Shown piece by piece: positions 39,321 through 48,572 of a stretch of DNA of 64,000 nt (its first letter is position 1; every line of letters starts with the position of its first letter). Source of the DNA: Candidatus Hecatella orcuttiae (GTDB lineage Archaea > Thermoproteota > Bathyarchaeia > Hecatellales > Hecatellaceae); assembly GCA_002011035.2 (NCBI GenBank), contig MTLY02000002.1, forward strand, positions 160,001 to 224,000, given 5' to 3'. The notes beneath the pieces are model-generated. The model was not told the origin of the DNA and made no database searches. It saw nothing but the letters and a program-made list of their open reading frames with translations. A program made the translations under genes and the position numbers.

Positions 39321-39864
39321 GGTGCGCATTCCCATCGAACGAGTCGGAGTACTCATAGGCCCTAAGGGGACTGTAAAAGAGCGAATAGAAAAAGCTTGCA
39401 ACGTAGACTTGATCGTAAACGGCGAGACAGGGGAAGTGGAAATTTCATGCAAGGATACCTCTGGCGATCCGTCCTCCATCCTGAAGGCTCAGAGCATAGT
39501 TTCAGCCATAGGCCGCGGTTTTTCTCCGAAAAAGTCTTTCCGCCTCATGGACGAGGAGGTGATGCTGGACATCTTAAACTTAAGGGATATAATTGGCAGG
39601 TCTAAGGCGGATATGGCCAGGATAAAAGGAAGACTTATCGGGAAGAAAGGCAAAACTAGAAAGATAATAGAGGAAACTTCAGGCGCTGACGTTTCCATCT
39701 ACGGTCATACCGTGGCTCTCCTAGGGAGATTGGAGGAATTGGAGGCAGCTAGAGAAGCGGTGCGAATGCTGATTGCGGGAAGCCAGCATGCCACCGTCTA
39801 TCGTTTCCTAGGCAGAAAGAGGCAGGAGATAAAGAGAGAAAAGTTGAAGCTTTGGGAGGAGTGA
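39304..39864 (+). CDS. KH-domain ribosome biogenesis protein (Dim2/Pno1)
   Basis: RVGVLIG.KG, AIGRGFSP, RIKGRLIG.KGK.R, G.QH.TVY. Confidence 0.92.
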   Translation: MAQVLKVRIPIERVGVLIGPKGTVKERIEKACNVDLIVNGETGEVEISCKDTSGDPSSILKAQSIVSAIGRGFSPKKSFRLMDEEVMLDILNLRDIIGRSKADMARIKGRLIGKKGKTRKIIEETSGADVSIYGHTVALLGRLEELEAAREAVRMLIAGSQHATVYRFLGRKRQEIKREKLKLWEE

Positions 39865-39870
39865 AAAGAG

Positions 39871-41409
39871 ACGAGTTCTAGGGAAAATTTCTACGAGATC
39901 AGTCCTGCTGATTTCTTCTATCGAAACAAGGACATAGCCGGCTTCAGCAATCCTGCCAGAGCTATATATTCCGCTGTGAGGGAGCTTGTGGAAAACTCCT
40001 TAGATGCAGGGGAATTTTACAGGTATCCCCCAGACATCTACCTGAGGATAAGCTCCGAAGACGGAAAAGAAACTGAAGGGGCGACTGTTCATACCATAAG
40101 GGTTGAAGATAATGGCTCAGGTGTCCCAGCCCGCCACATCCCCTCGGCCTTCGGTCAGGTTTTCTACGGCTCTAAATATAAGCTCCGCCAGTCTAGGGGA
40201 ACCTTTGGGCTTGGAGGCACCATGGCCATCCTCTACGGTCAGATAACCACCAGCAAGCCTGTTAAGGTGATTTCCTCCACCGCGGGGAAGTGCATCCATG
40301 AATATGATGTACTCATCGACATCCGCCGCAACCGCCCTATGGTTTTGAGGCATAAAACCTACAATAACCCCGACCGATGGCACGGCACTGTCATCGAAAT
40401 CAAGATGGAAGGGGACTACAGCAGAGCCAGCGCAAAAGTCCTAGAGTACCTCAAGCAGACCGCCATCGTGGTTCCCTATGCCAACCTTTCCTTTGTAGAC
40501 CCTAAAGGCCGGCTTTACCGGTTTGAGAGAGCTACAAAAGAAATGCCCAAGCCGCCCACGGAGACAAAGCTTCATCCTTACGGCTCGGATGTGGAGACTC
40601 TTAAACGAATGGTTTCGACGACTTCCTGCAAGAACATGGTCAGTTTCATGATGGAGCACTTCCACAAGGTGGGGAGGAAAATGGCTTTAAACTTTCTGGA
40701 ATACGCCAAGATACCTCCCAAAAAGCGGCCTCACAGACTTAAGACTGAAGACCTTGTGAAACTGGCTAAAGCCATGAAAGAGTTCCCGCACTTCCGCGCC
40801 CCTTCCGCCGACTGTCTTTCCCCTCTGGGAGAAGACTTGCTCAGAACCGGGATTCAAAAGGAGTTGAAGCCTGAATTTGTGGCGGTTAGGCAGCGTAGTC
40901 CCTCCGTCTATTCCGGTTACCCTTTCATCGTGGAGGTGGCAGTAGCCTACGGGGGCGAGATTCCTAAAACGGGGTCTATCCTCCTTTACAGATTCGCCAA
41001 CAGGATACCTCTCCTCTACGACGAAGCCAGCGATGTGGCTTGGAAGGTGGTGAACGAGGAGGTGAACTGGAAATATTACAACGTAAACCCGGCAGAAGCC
41101 CCCTTAGCCGTCTTCGTCCACATATGCTCCACCAAGATACCCTACAGAAGCGTGGGCAAAGAGTTCGTTGCCGAGGTTCCGGAAATCGAGAGGGAGATTC
41201 TCAACGGAGTGAGGGAGGCCGCTCGGGAACTCTCCCTCTTTCTATCCCGCAGAAAAAGCGTGGAGCGGGAGAAACGCCGGTTAGACATTTTTGAAAGATT
41301 CCTTCCCAAGATCGCACGTTTCTCTTCCGAGTTAGCTGGGAAGGATAAAGTTCCTGAAGTTAAACCTTTGTTGAAGAGTGTGGCTAAGTATGGTGCGGAA
41401 GAAGACTGA
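39871..41409 (+). CDS. top6B: DNA topoisomerase VI subunit B
   Basis: EISPADFFYRNKDIAGF.NP.RA.Y..VRELVENSLDA, EDNGSG, QSRG.FGLG, RFANRIPL. The conserved N-terminus lies upstream of the first canonical start (39976). Confidence 0.93.
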   Translation, partial: TSSRENFYEISPADFFYRNKDIAGFSNPARAIYSAVRELVENSLDAGEFYRYPPDIYLRISSEDGKETEGATVHTIRVEDNGSGVPARHIPSAFGQVFYGSKYKLRQSRGTFGLGGTMAILYGQITTSKPVKVISSTAGKCIHEYDVLIDIRRNRPMVLRHKTYNNPDRWHGTVIEIKMEGDYSRASAKVLEYLKQTAIVVPYANLSFVDPKGRLYRFERATKEMPKPPTETKLHPYGSDVETLKRMVSTTSCKNMVSFMMEHFHKVGRKMALNFLEYAKIPPKKRPHRLKTEDLVKLAKAMKEFPHFRAPSADCLSPLGEDLLRTGIQKELKPEFVAVRQRSPSVYSGYPFIVEVAVAYGGEIPKTGSILLYRFANRIPLLYDEASDVAWKVVNEEVNWKYYNVNPAEAPLAVFVHICSTKIPYRSVGKEFVAEVPEIEREILNGVREAARELSLFLSRRKSVEREKRRLDIFERFLPKIARFSSELAGKDKVPEVKPLLKSVAKYGAEED

Positions 41410-42484
41410 GTCCATGAAGGATAGGAAAAAACAGGTACTGGAGAGGTTGAAAGAGTTAGGGGAGAACATCTGCGGCCAGATTGAGAAAGGCATTTTCCCC
41501 TGGCTGGAGATGCCCAGCCGTTCAACTTCAAACATCCAGTACGATAAAAAAATCCGCCAATATGTGCTGGGAGATAAAACAATAAAGCGGGTCACCCGCA
41601 ATGTCCGCCACATCCGCCCTTTCACCCAGCTGGTTTGGCTGGGGGACATGGTGAACATGCTCATCCGCCAAGGCAAAACCAGCACCCTGAGGGATATGTT
41701 CTACATGTCCCAAGCCTATGAGGTGGATTTCACCGACCAAGCAGAGTCAGACGACATCGTCACAGACTTGGAGAGTCTGATTAAATTCGCCCGAGAGGAC
41801 TTCAACGTCTTCCCCGAAGAGAGGTCGGCCATCTACGCCAATCTGACCATCGAATACACGGTGCCGAGATATGAGGGAAAACGGCTGAACCTCACCGTTC
41901 ACCCCGACGGCGTTATCATCGGCCCGGCTTTGGCCAGCGCTGAGTTTATAGACACTGACGCTGAGATGGTTCTCTGCATCGAGAAAGGCGCTATGTTTAC
42001 GAGATTTCTGGAGGAAGAAGTTCATAAAAAGTTTAAGGCGGTGCTCATCCACACAGCCGGGCAGGCTCCTAGAGCTACAAGGCACATCATCCACAGGCTT
42101 AACCGGGAGCTGAATCTCCCCGTCTACATCTTCTGCGACGCCGACCCTTGGGGAATGCACATCGCCCAAGTCATCATCAGCGGCTCAGCCAACGCAGCCC
42201 ACCTGAGGGAGCTGACCACTCCCGACGCCAAATGGGCTGGAGTCTGGGCTTCCGACATCGTCAAATATCAGCTGCCCTCGGAGAGACTGAAGGAACTGGA
42301 TTTGAAGAGGCTGAAGGAACTGGAGCGGGACCCCCGCTACAGGGAGGAGTTGTGGCAGAGGGAAATTCAAGTTTTCTACGACATCAAGAAGAAAGCTGAG
42401 CAAGAGGCCTTCAGTCGTTATGGTTTGACTAAAATTGTGGAGGACTATCTGCCTAAACGAATGGAAGAGATTAAAAGCTATTAA
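41390..42484 (+). CDS. top6A: DNA topoisomerase VI subunit A
   Basis: TLRDMFY, QAESD, IEKGAMF, GQAPRATR, DADPWG, KAEQEA; start 41390 or 41414. Confidence 0.95.
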   Translation: MVRKKTESMKDRKKQVLERLKELGENICGQIEKGIFPWLEMPSRSTSNIQYDKKIRQYVLGDKTIKRVTRNVRHIRPFTQLVWLGDMVNMLIRQGKTSTLRDMFYMSQAYEVDFTDQAESDDIVTDLESLIKFAREDFNVFPEERSAIYANLTIEYTVPRYEGKRLNLTVHPDGVIIGPALASAEFIDTDAEMVLCIEKGAMFTRFLEEEVHKKFKAVLIHTAGQAPRATRHIIHRLNRELNLPVYIFCDADPWGMHIAQVIISGSANAAHLRELTTPDAKWAGVWASDIVKYQLPSERLKELDLKRLKELERDPRYREELWQREIQVFYDIKKKAEQEAFSRYGLTKIVEDYLPKRMEEIKSY

Positions 42485-42687
42485 CAAGTTGAAAACCTAG
42501 AGTCGCATGGTAGCTTAACAGTTTTTTAGCGGTTGGACGCTGGAGGCGGAATAAGGTTAATATCTTTATGCCGTTATGTTTATAAGAATATTTCGATAAA
42601 ACTTTTGTCAAACACCGCCAAGCCAGCGTATTATCTCGCTTAAAGGCGATGGAGGAATTCATTAACCCAACTTTAAGTTGATAGACT

Positions 42688-43392
42688 ATGGTCTGGGAGG
42701 CTGTGGAGGGCGCTCAAAAGGCTTTAGAGCTCATAATGTCCGGAGACCCCATGGTGATAGAAATCACCCTGAGGTCGGTCTACGTTTCAGGCTTAGCCAC
42801 TCTTTTAGCTTCTTCATGGAGCTTGCCTCTGGGAGCAGCGATAGCTCTGAAAAATTTTAGAGGAAAACGGCCGGTTAAGGGCTTATTCAACACGCTTTTG
42901 GGCATGCCTACGGTGGCTTTAGGGCTTCTTCTCTATCTTGCCCTTTCAAGAAGCGGGCCGTTGGGATTTCTCCAACTCTTGTATACCCCTATGGCGATAG
43001 CCTTGGGGCAAGCCATCTTGGTGACTCCCATCATCGTCAGCTTCACCGTCAGCGCCATCGAATCCGTGGACCCTGAAATTCGGGATTTGGCCAGGACTTT
43101 GGGGGCTTCGGAACTCCAAGCAGGCTTGGCTGTTCTAGGGGAAGCAGCGGGAGGTGTTGTCTTAGCGGTTACAGCAAGCTTCAACAGGGCCATAGCCGAA
43201 CTGGGTGTGGCTTTGATGGTGGGAGGCAACATTCGAGGGGCCACCAGAGTTTTGACAACGACCATCGCCCTTGAAACGACCCGTGGGGAGATAGTGTTAG
43301 GAATAGCTTTAACCATCATCCTGTTGCTTGTGGTTTTCTCCTTGAGCCTTGCTGTAAACCTAGCTGGGAGGAGGACGACTTGGAGGTTTTGA
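42688..43392 (+). CDS. Tungstate ABC transporter permease (TupB-like)
   Basis: F.GK....LFNTLLGMPTV.LGL..YL.LSRSGPLG, AIAELG.ALMVGGNI.G.TR.LTT.IALET. Confidence 0.88.
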   Translation: MVWEAVEGAQKALELIMSGDPMVIEITLRSVYVSGLATLLASSWSLPLGAAIALKNFRGKRPVKGLFNTLLGMPTVALGLLLYLALSRSGPLGFLQLLYTPMAIALGQAILVTPIIVSFTVSAIESVDPEIRDLARTLGASELQAGLAVLGEAAGGVVLAVTASFNRAIAELGVALMVGGNIRGATRVLTTTIALETTRGEIVLGIALTIILLLVVFSLSLAVNLAGRRTTWRF

Positions 43393-44099
43393 TGGAGCTC
43401 AAGGACATCGTTAAAACCTACGGGAGGATAACCGCCCTAGACCACGTGAGCTTGAAAGTTAGAAGAGGAGAGACCCTCGCCCTCCTCGGCTCCAACGGAG
43501 CCGGAAAGACGACGATGCTGAAGATCATGGGAGGAATCCTCAAACAGGACAGCGGAAATATCTACTACGGCAGGGAGAAGATCGATGACCGTAACCTGAA
43601 GCTTCTCCGAAGAAACAGCACCATGGTTTTCCAGAAAACGGTGCTCTTTAACTCCGATGTATATGGGAACGTAGCCTACGGGCTTGAGCTGAGACGCATC
43701 CCTGAAGCAGATTTAGAACATCGAGTCCGGGAAGCCTTGAGCCAAGTGGGACTGGAGGGCTATGAAAAGAGACCTGTGAAAACTCTCTCGGGAGGAGAAC
43801 AGCAGAGAGTGTCTCTCGCCAGAGCTCTTGCCTTAAAGCCTGAGCTTTTGCTCCTCGACGAGCCTACAGCAAACCTAGACCCTGAGAACGCGGCTGCGGT
43901 TGAGAAAATCATAAAGGAGTTCAAAGGCGCCACCACCGTCATCCTAGCTACCCATAATCTTTTTCAGGCGAAAAGACTGTCGGACAGAATTGCATACATG
44001 GCAAGGGGAGTTTTGGTTGAAGAAGGTTCTCCGGAAGAAATCTTTCAAAGACCTAGGGATGAAAGGACAGCGAGATTCGTCCGAGGCTTCGCCTTTTGA
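43380..44099 (+). CDS. ABC transporter ATP-binding protein (TupC-like)
   Basis: GSNGAGKTT, LSGGEQQR, LLLDEPTANLD, ATHN. Confidence 0.88.
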   Translation: MEVLMELKDIVKTYGRITALDHVSLKVRRGETLALLGSNGAGKTTMLKIMGGILKQDSGNIYYGREKIDDRNLKLLRRNSTMVFQKTVLFNSDVYGNVAYGLELRRIPEADLEHRVREALSQVGLEGYEKRPVKTLSGGEQQRVSLARALALKPELLLLDEPTANLDPENAAAVEKIIKEFKGATTVILATHNLFQAKRLSDRIAYMARGVLVEEGSPEEIFQRPRDERTARFVRGFAF

Positions 44100-44134
44100 A
44101 AAGTTTTCTGGAAATGCGCTGCTGAGTCTAACGA

Positions 44135-45151
44135 TTACGCTCCTAATCTGTTTATTAGGCTTGATTTTTCGCGGTTCACAGTTTCTCTGACCAGAGCGGC
44201 TATCGCCCTGTGGTCTCTAGGATTGAATCCCGCTGTCTCCAGCTTCTTTAAGCTTTCCATCATGCCTTTGAGGTGGGGTTCTGGCAGTTTTTCGAGGAGG
44301 AAAAGATTCTCCTTCAGATAGCTTCCAACGTCTCGAAGGCTTATCTGCCTGATTTTTTTCTCCTCACAGAGAACAGCTATGACCACAGGGTTGGTTTCTT
44401 TGTTCGCAACGTCTTCCTCCAGCTTTCTGAAGTCATTGGCTGCCATCTGCATCAAAACCGCGGAGCAAAGCCAGAATTCAGAAAGATAGTCTTGGATTTC
44501 TTCGCTCTCTCCTCCGCTCTCCATGTAGACAATTCTAGCTATATACGCACCCATCAAGCCGAGTTTTTTCTCTAAAAGTTTAACTGCGCTTTCCCAGCTT
44601 GGAAATTTCTCCCTTAACCAGTCGACATCATCTTGCAAAAGGTGGAGGCGGACTGCCTTGTCTTCTTCTTGACCTGCCTCCAGCCGGGTTCTGCCTTCCT
44701 GGTATAGGTTTAACGATGAAGAGTGATACTGCCTGAACCTTTCATAGACAAGGCTTTTTAAACGCTGAGAGACCTTTGCTAAAAAATTGTAAGTTCTCCG
44801 CCTAGCTTCAAATTCCTCAGCATAAAGCTTATGTTTCAAGCTGAGAACTTCTGGGCGAAACTCGTCGTCCATGGTGTCCAGCACATCCGACTCGAAGGCT
44901 GTGAGTCGGAGGGATGCTGCCAACCGAAGGGACGGCTTCCGGAACGCTGCGTCAACGTATCCTCTGTTTCCTTTCCACACCACAAATGATTGGATAGTTG
45001 CCGCCTTCGACAGTCTGGTATGATAGTTTAGTAGAAAGCTGAGTTCTTCCGGGAAATTTTTAAAATGTTCCTTCAAAGTCTTTTTCATCATGAAGCTGGC
45101 AAGCTGGTCTGAAAAGGAGTAAAGCAAACCCAGATACGCCTTAGGCATCAT
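44135..45151 (-). CDS. Hypothetical helical protein with degenerate class I isoprenoid synthase motifs
   Basis: SDVLDTMDDE (DDxxD-like) and QMAANDFRKLEED....NPV (NSE/SARM-like). Confidence 0.5.
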   Translation of the reverse strand: MMPKAYLGLLYSFSDQLASFMMKKTLKEHFKNFPEELSFLLNYHTRLSKAATIQSFVVWKGNRGYVDAAFRKPSLRLAASLRLTAFESDVLDTMDDEFRPEVLSLKHKLYAEEFEARRRTYNFLAKVSQRLKSLVYERFRQYHSSSLNLYQEGRTRLEAGQEEDKAVRLHLLQDDVDWLREKFPSWESAVKLLEKKLGLMGAYIARIVYMESGGESEEIQDYLSEFWLCSAVLMQMAANDFRKLEEDVANKETNPVVIAVLCEEKKIRQISLRDVGSYLKENLFLLEKLPEPHLKGMMESLKKLETAGFNPRDHRAIAALVRETVNREKSSLINRLGA

Positions 45152-45180
45152 CGGTGAACAACTTAGCCTCCGCTACCGGC

Positions 45181-46110
45181 TTAGAATTCATAGATTTCCG
45201 GCCCAAAGATCCCTGCGATTATAACTCTCTTTCTGAGGATATGAGGCGTTGGAGGGGGGGCGGTAATTTTACCCTCTGGTGTGAAAACTCTAAATGAAAG
45301 AGACCCAAGTTTTTCGTGAACGAAATACATTTCAGCCTCCCTCTTCGACCGAACAAGAGCCCTTTCGCCGGAGCTGTATTTTTTAAGGTACTGGGTTGCC
45401 TCGTTGAGCATCATGCTTCTCAGCGCCAAGGCTACTAGGTAGATGAGTTGAGGGTCAGTCCAAGTTCGGCTGGAGGAGCCCTGTTGCACGTAGACAAAGC
45501 TGCTGTAGTCGGATTTCGAGGGGGGAAGCATCATGCCTGTGGGACATTGAAGTTTGGTATGCCTCACTGTCACGTTTACATCTGGAAGAAGTTGGAAGAG
45601 GGCTTCGTTTTTGACAGCCCAGTCTAGGGAGTAATTGATGAGGAAATGGGCAGTGAAAGTTGAATTGTTTTTCGTTTTCTCCTCCAACTTCTTGAGGTCT
45701 TGGGCGAAATGACCTGAAACTCCCTCAGGCTCTATACTGGAGTCTAGGTCTCCTAAAAACCTAAGCCTCACATTGAATTTGGCTGCGTAGTCGTCGTAGA
45801 TTACGTAAAGCCGTTTGAGGGCGTCGTAGATCTGGGGATAATTCTCCCTCAACCTATGTCTTTCCTCGATCACATTGATGTAACAGGCGGGACTGCCGAG
45901 GATTCTGAGAATGTGAAACAATCTTAAGGAGAAAATCCCCCCATCCACATAGGCTTCCGAACCCTCTAGGTCCGTGGAAGTCCTCATGCCGTCGGTCATC
46001 TCGTAAATGACCATCTTCCTGACCTTCTCCAAGGGATGCTCTATTCTGAGAGCCTCGCAGGCAGCGAGAAAAGTGTCGAGTACCTCTTCGCCTTCGGGAA
46101 GTTTAAACAA
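45181..46110 (-). CDS. Divergent cis-prenyltransferase (UppS)-fold protein
   Basis: TDGMR, VRLRFLGDLD, LEEKTKNN..F.AHFLINY, LPDVNV.VR, DYS.F.Y...W align in order with UppS motifs. Confidence 0.6.
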   Translation of the reverse strand: MFKLPEGEEVLDTFLAACEALRIEHPLEKVRKMVIYEMTDGMRTSTDLEGSEAYVDGGIFSLRLFHILRILGSPACYINVIEERHRLRENYPQIYDALKRLYVIYDDYAAKFNVRLRFLGDLDSSIEPEGVSGHFAQDLKKLEEKTKNNSTFTAHFLINYSLDWAVKNEALFQLLPDVNVTVRHTKLQCPTGMMLPPSKSDYSSFVYVQQGSSSRTWTDPQLIYLVALALRSMMLNEATQYLKKYSSGERALVRSKREAEMYFVHEKLGSLSFRVFTPEGKITAPPPTPHILRKRVIIAGIFGPEIYEF

Positions 46111-46219
46111 CCTTATCTACAGCTCCAAGATAGGGTTGCTAAAAGTTTAAGCTAACCTTTTTGTCTTAAGCTTTTCTCCGACTCGAAAACGTGAACGAGG
46201 GTCTCAGGGAAATTCGCAG

Positions 46220-47278
46220 CTATGGGTGTATGGCCACCTTGATGGCCTTGCCTTGAGCCATGGATTTTAAGCCTTCTTCCACCCGGCTGAGCGGCATCTC
46301 CTGGGTGATAAATTCCTTTGCTTTGATGGCGCCGGAAGATATCAGACTTAAAGCTTTTTCGACACAGTGAGGTGTATGGTGGAAGACGCCCTTTATTGTA
46401 AGCTCCCCGTAGTGAACAGTCCCCGCGTCGAATGGTACAGTGCTTCCAGAAGGGCAGCCTCCGAAGAGGATGATTCGGCCTCCTTTCCCAGTCATCTGCA
46501 CGGCTTTTCTCCATGTTTCCGGAGAGCCCACGGCTTCGATGACAACTTCCGCTCCTCTTCCGCCCGTAAGTTTTCTCACTTCTTCCACCTGATCCACTTT
46601 CGACGCGTCGACTAAGCAGTCGGCTCCCAGTTTACGGGCGTTCTCAAGCCTTAAATTCGACAGGTCTGAAACTATAACCTCCCTCGCACCTTTTATCTTC
46701 GCCAGTTGCAGGTGCAGGAGGCCTATGGGCCCCGCCCCTATGATGGCCACCCGCTCGCCTAGGCCGATGTCGGCAAGTTCCACACCGTGGACTACGCAGG
46801 CTAAGGGCTCCAGCAAGGCGGCTTCCTCAAAGGAAACATGGCGGGGCACTTCGTACATGTTTTGCTGAACTATTCTGGCTGGGATTTTGATGTACTCCGC
46901 GTAGGCTCCTGGAATGGAGAAGCCGATTACATTTTCACTTAGGTTTTCGCAGAGGTTAGGTTTTCCCCTTTTACAGTAGTAGCAAGTGTTGCAGGGGGCT
47001 GTGTTGGCAGCGACGACCCTCATCCCCTTCCTGAAGCCTACAACTTCCCCGCCTATCTTGACTATGCGGCCGGAAAATTCATGTCCAATTATCATGGGAG
47101 GCTTAGTCAGGGGATGGCCAACCTTGTACATTTTCAGGTCGGTGCCGCAGGTTAAGACGACTTCAACCTTAACTAGAACATCCCGTGGGCCGATTTTAGG
47201 TATGTCCACTGTTTCCAGCTTTATGTCGCCTGGCTTATGGTATACCGCTGCTTTCATCCTACCATCCATTTTCATCAC
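46220..47278 (-). CDS. Zn-dependent medium-chain alcohol dehydrogenase (sorbitol/threonine DH-like)
   Basis: CGTD, GHEF.G, C..C..C.......C, GAGPIG. Confidence 0.9.
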   Translation of the reverse strand: MMKMDGRMKAAVYHKPGDIKLETVDIPKIGPRDVLVKVEVVLTCGTDLKMYKVGHPLTKPPMIIGHEFSGRIVKIGGEVVGFRKGMRVVAANTAPCNTCYYCKRGKPNLCENLSENVIGFSIPGAYAEYIKIPARIVQQNMYEVPRHVSFEEAALLEPLACVVHGVELADIGLGERVAIIGAGPIGLLHLQLAKIKGAREVIVSDLSNLRLENARKLGADCLVDASKVDQVEEVRKLTGGRGAEVVIEAVGSPETWRKAVQMTGKGGRIILFGGCPSGSTVPFDAGTVHYGELTIKGVFHHTPHCVEKALSLISSGAIKAKEFITQEMPLSRVEEGLKSMAQGKAIKVAIHP

Positions 47279-47304
47279 TCCACTCGCTGGTGCCGGGTCC
47301 TCCT

Positions 47305-48336
47305 TTAAGGGGTGATGATTATTTTCAGCGATTCTTTTCCTTCAGCAGCCAACTTTAAAGCATCAGCAACCTGGTCCAGCTTAAAAGAGTGGGTTATCAG
47401 TCCGCTCAACTCAAGCCGTTTGGTTTCCATCAGCCTTAAAGCCATATTTGTTTCCAGCTCCGTCGTCGAGTAGCTGGGAATGAGGGATATTTCCTGGATG
47501 AAAATTTTGCTAACATCATAGGAGAACACGGCTCCCTTCAGGGGAGCTCCGAAAAGAACCACGGTTCCACCTTTCCTCACCGAATCCAAACCCTGCCTGA
47601 TCGCTTCAATGCTTCCAGTAGCAACTATGACAGCGTCCACGCCTAAGCCGTGGGTGAGATTCTTCACAGCGAGAACAGGGTCTTCGCGCAGAGAGTTGAA
47701 GACAGCTTCAGCCCCAAATTTCTCAGCCGCCGCTAACCTAAAATCGACGAGGTCGCTGACGAAAATTCTACCTACTCCTAACAACTTCAGAAGCTTGGCG
47801 AAGATCAGCCCTGCAGGTCCGGCGCCGATGATCATCACGTCATCACCGGGTTGAAGACTTAGTTTCTTCGCACCTCTTATGCAACAGCCTACAGGCTCTA
47901 TGAGGGTGGCTTCTTGGAAAGAGATACCCCGCGGAATTTTAAGGACGGCGCCTCTCTTCACATTGGCGGCGGGGACTTTGAAATACTCTGCAAATCCTCC
48001 GGGGTCTAAGTTTGTGCGCGGAAATTCTTCGCACATCGTGTAGTCTCCATGCCTACAATAGTGGCATTTGTAGCAAGGGACATGATGATGAGTGAAAACT
48101 CTGTCGCCCACTCTCAGTCCCTCTACCCCTTCACCAACTTCCACAACTTCGCCCACTACTTCATGGCCTAAAACAGGGGGGGTGAGAAAGTAACCAGCAG
48201 TTTTCTCCACATCCGTTCCACAGACCCCACAAGCTTTCATCTTCACCAGCACTTCTCCACGCCCTATCTTGGGGATGGGGACATCCTCAACTCTTACGTC
48301 GCTGGGACCCCTCAGAAAAGCGGCTTTCATCTTCAC
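47305..48336 (-). CDS. Zn-dependent medium-chain alcohol dehydrogenase
   Basis: CGVCGTD, GHEVVG, CYKCHYC...C, GAGPAG. Confidence 0.9.
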   Translation of the reverse strand: MKMKAAFLRGPSDVRVEDVPIPKIGRGEVLVKMKACGVCGTDVEKTAGYFLTPPVLGHEVVGEVVEVGEGVEGLRVGDRVFTHHHVPCYKCHYCRHGDYTMCEEFPRTNLDPGGFAEYFKVPAANVKRGAVLKIPRGISFQEATLIEPVGCCIRGAKKLSLQPGDDVMIIGAGPAGLIFAKLLKLLGVGRIFVSDLVDFRLAAAEKFGAEAVFNSLREDPVLAVKNLTHGLGVDAVIVATGSIEAIRQGLDSVRKGGTVVLFGAPLKGAVFSYDVSKIFIQEISLIPSYSTTELETNMALRLMETKRLELSGLITHSFKLDQVADALKLAAEGKESLKIIITP

Positions 48337-48341
48337 CTACC

Positions 48342-48406
48342 TAATTGATTTAAGATTTCAATCAATTAATGAGGCTTTAAAGCCCGCTGAAAGTTTAAAA
48401 ACTTTC
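48342..48406. promoter_or_regulatory. Three adjacent inverted repeats in the divergent promoter
   Basis: TAATTGATT-N9-AATCAATTA (48342..48368), GGCTTTAAAGCC (48373..48384), GAAAGTTT-AA-AAACTTTC (48389..48406). Confidence 0.5.
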
Positions 48407-48572
48407 CATTCCTCTAACGCTGCAAGTTGCACTTTTTCCTCCGTTGCGATCGTAATGTTATTTAGGCATCAGTGTCAAGATCTTTTTTGAAAAATGGCTG
48501 ATTTTAACCTAAGGGAAGGACCTTCAAGCTTGACTGGGAAAATAGGTTTGCTTATTCTTTTGTCAACGTATT

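Noticed and set aside
39861-39900. Second BHB intron explaining the top6B start problem (TAGGGA-AAA-TTTCTA hairpin)
   Set aside because: The would-be central helix CGAG/CGAG is not complementary, and removal would delete conserved-looking codons.
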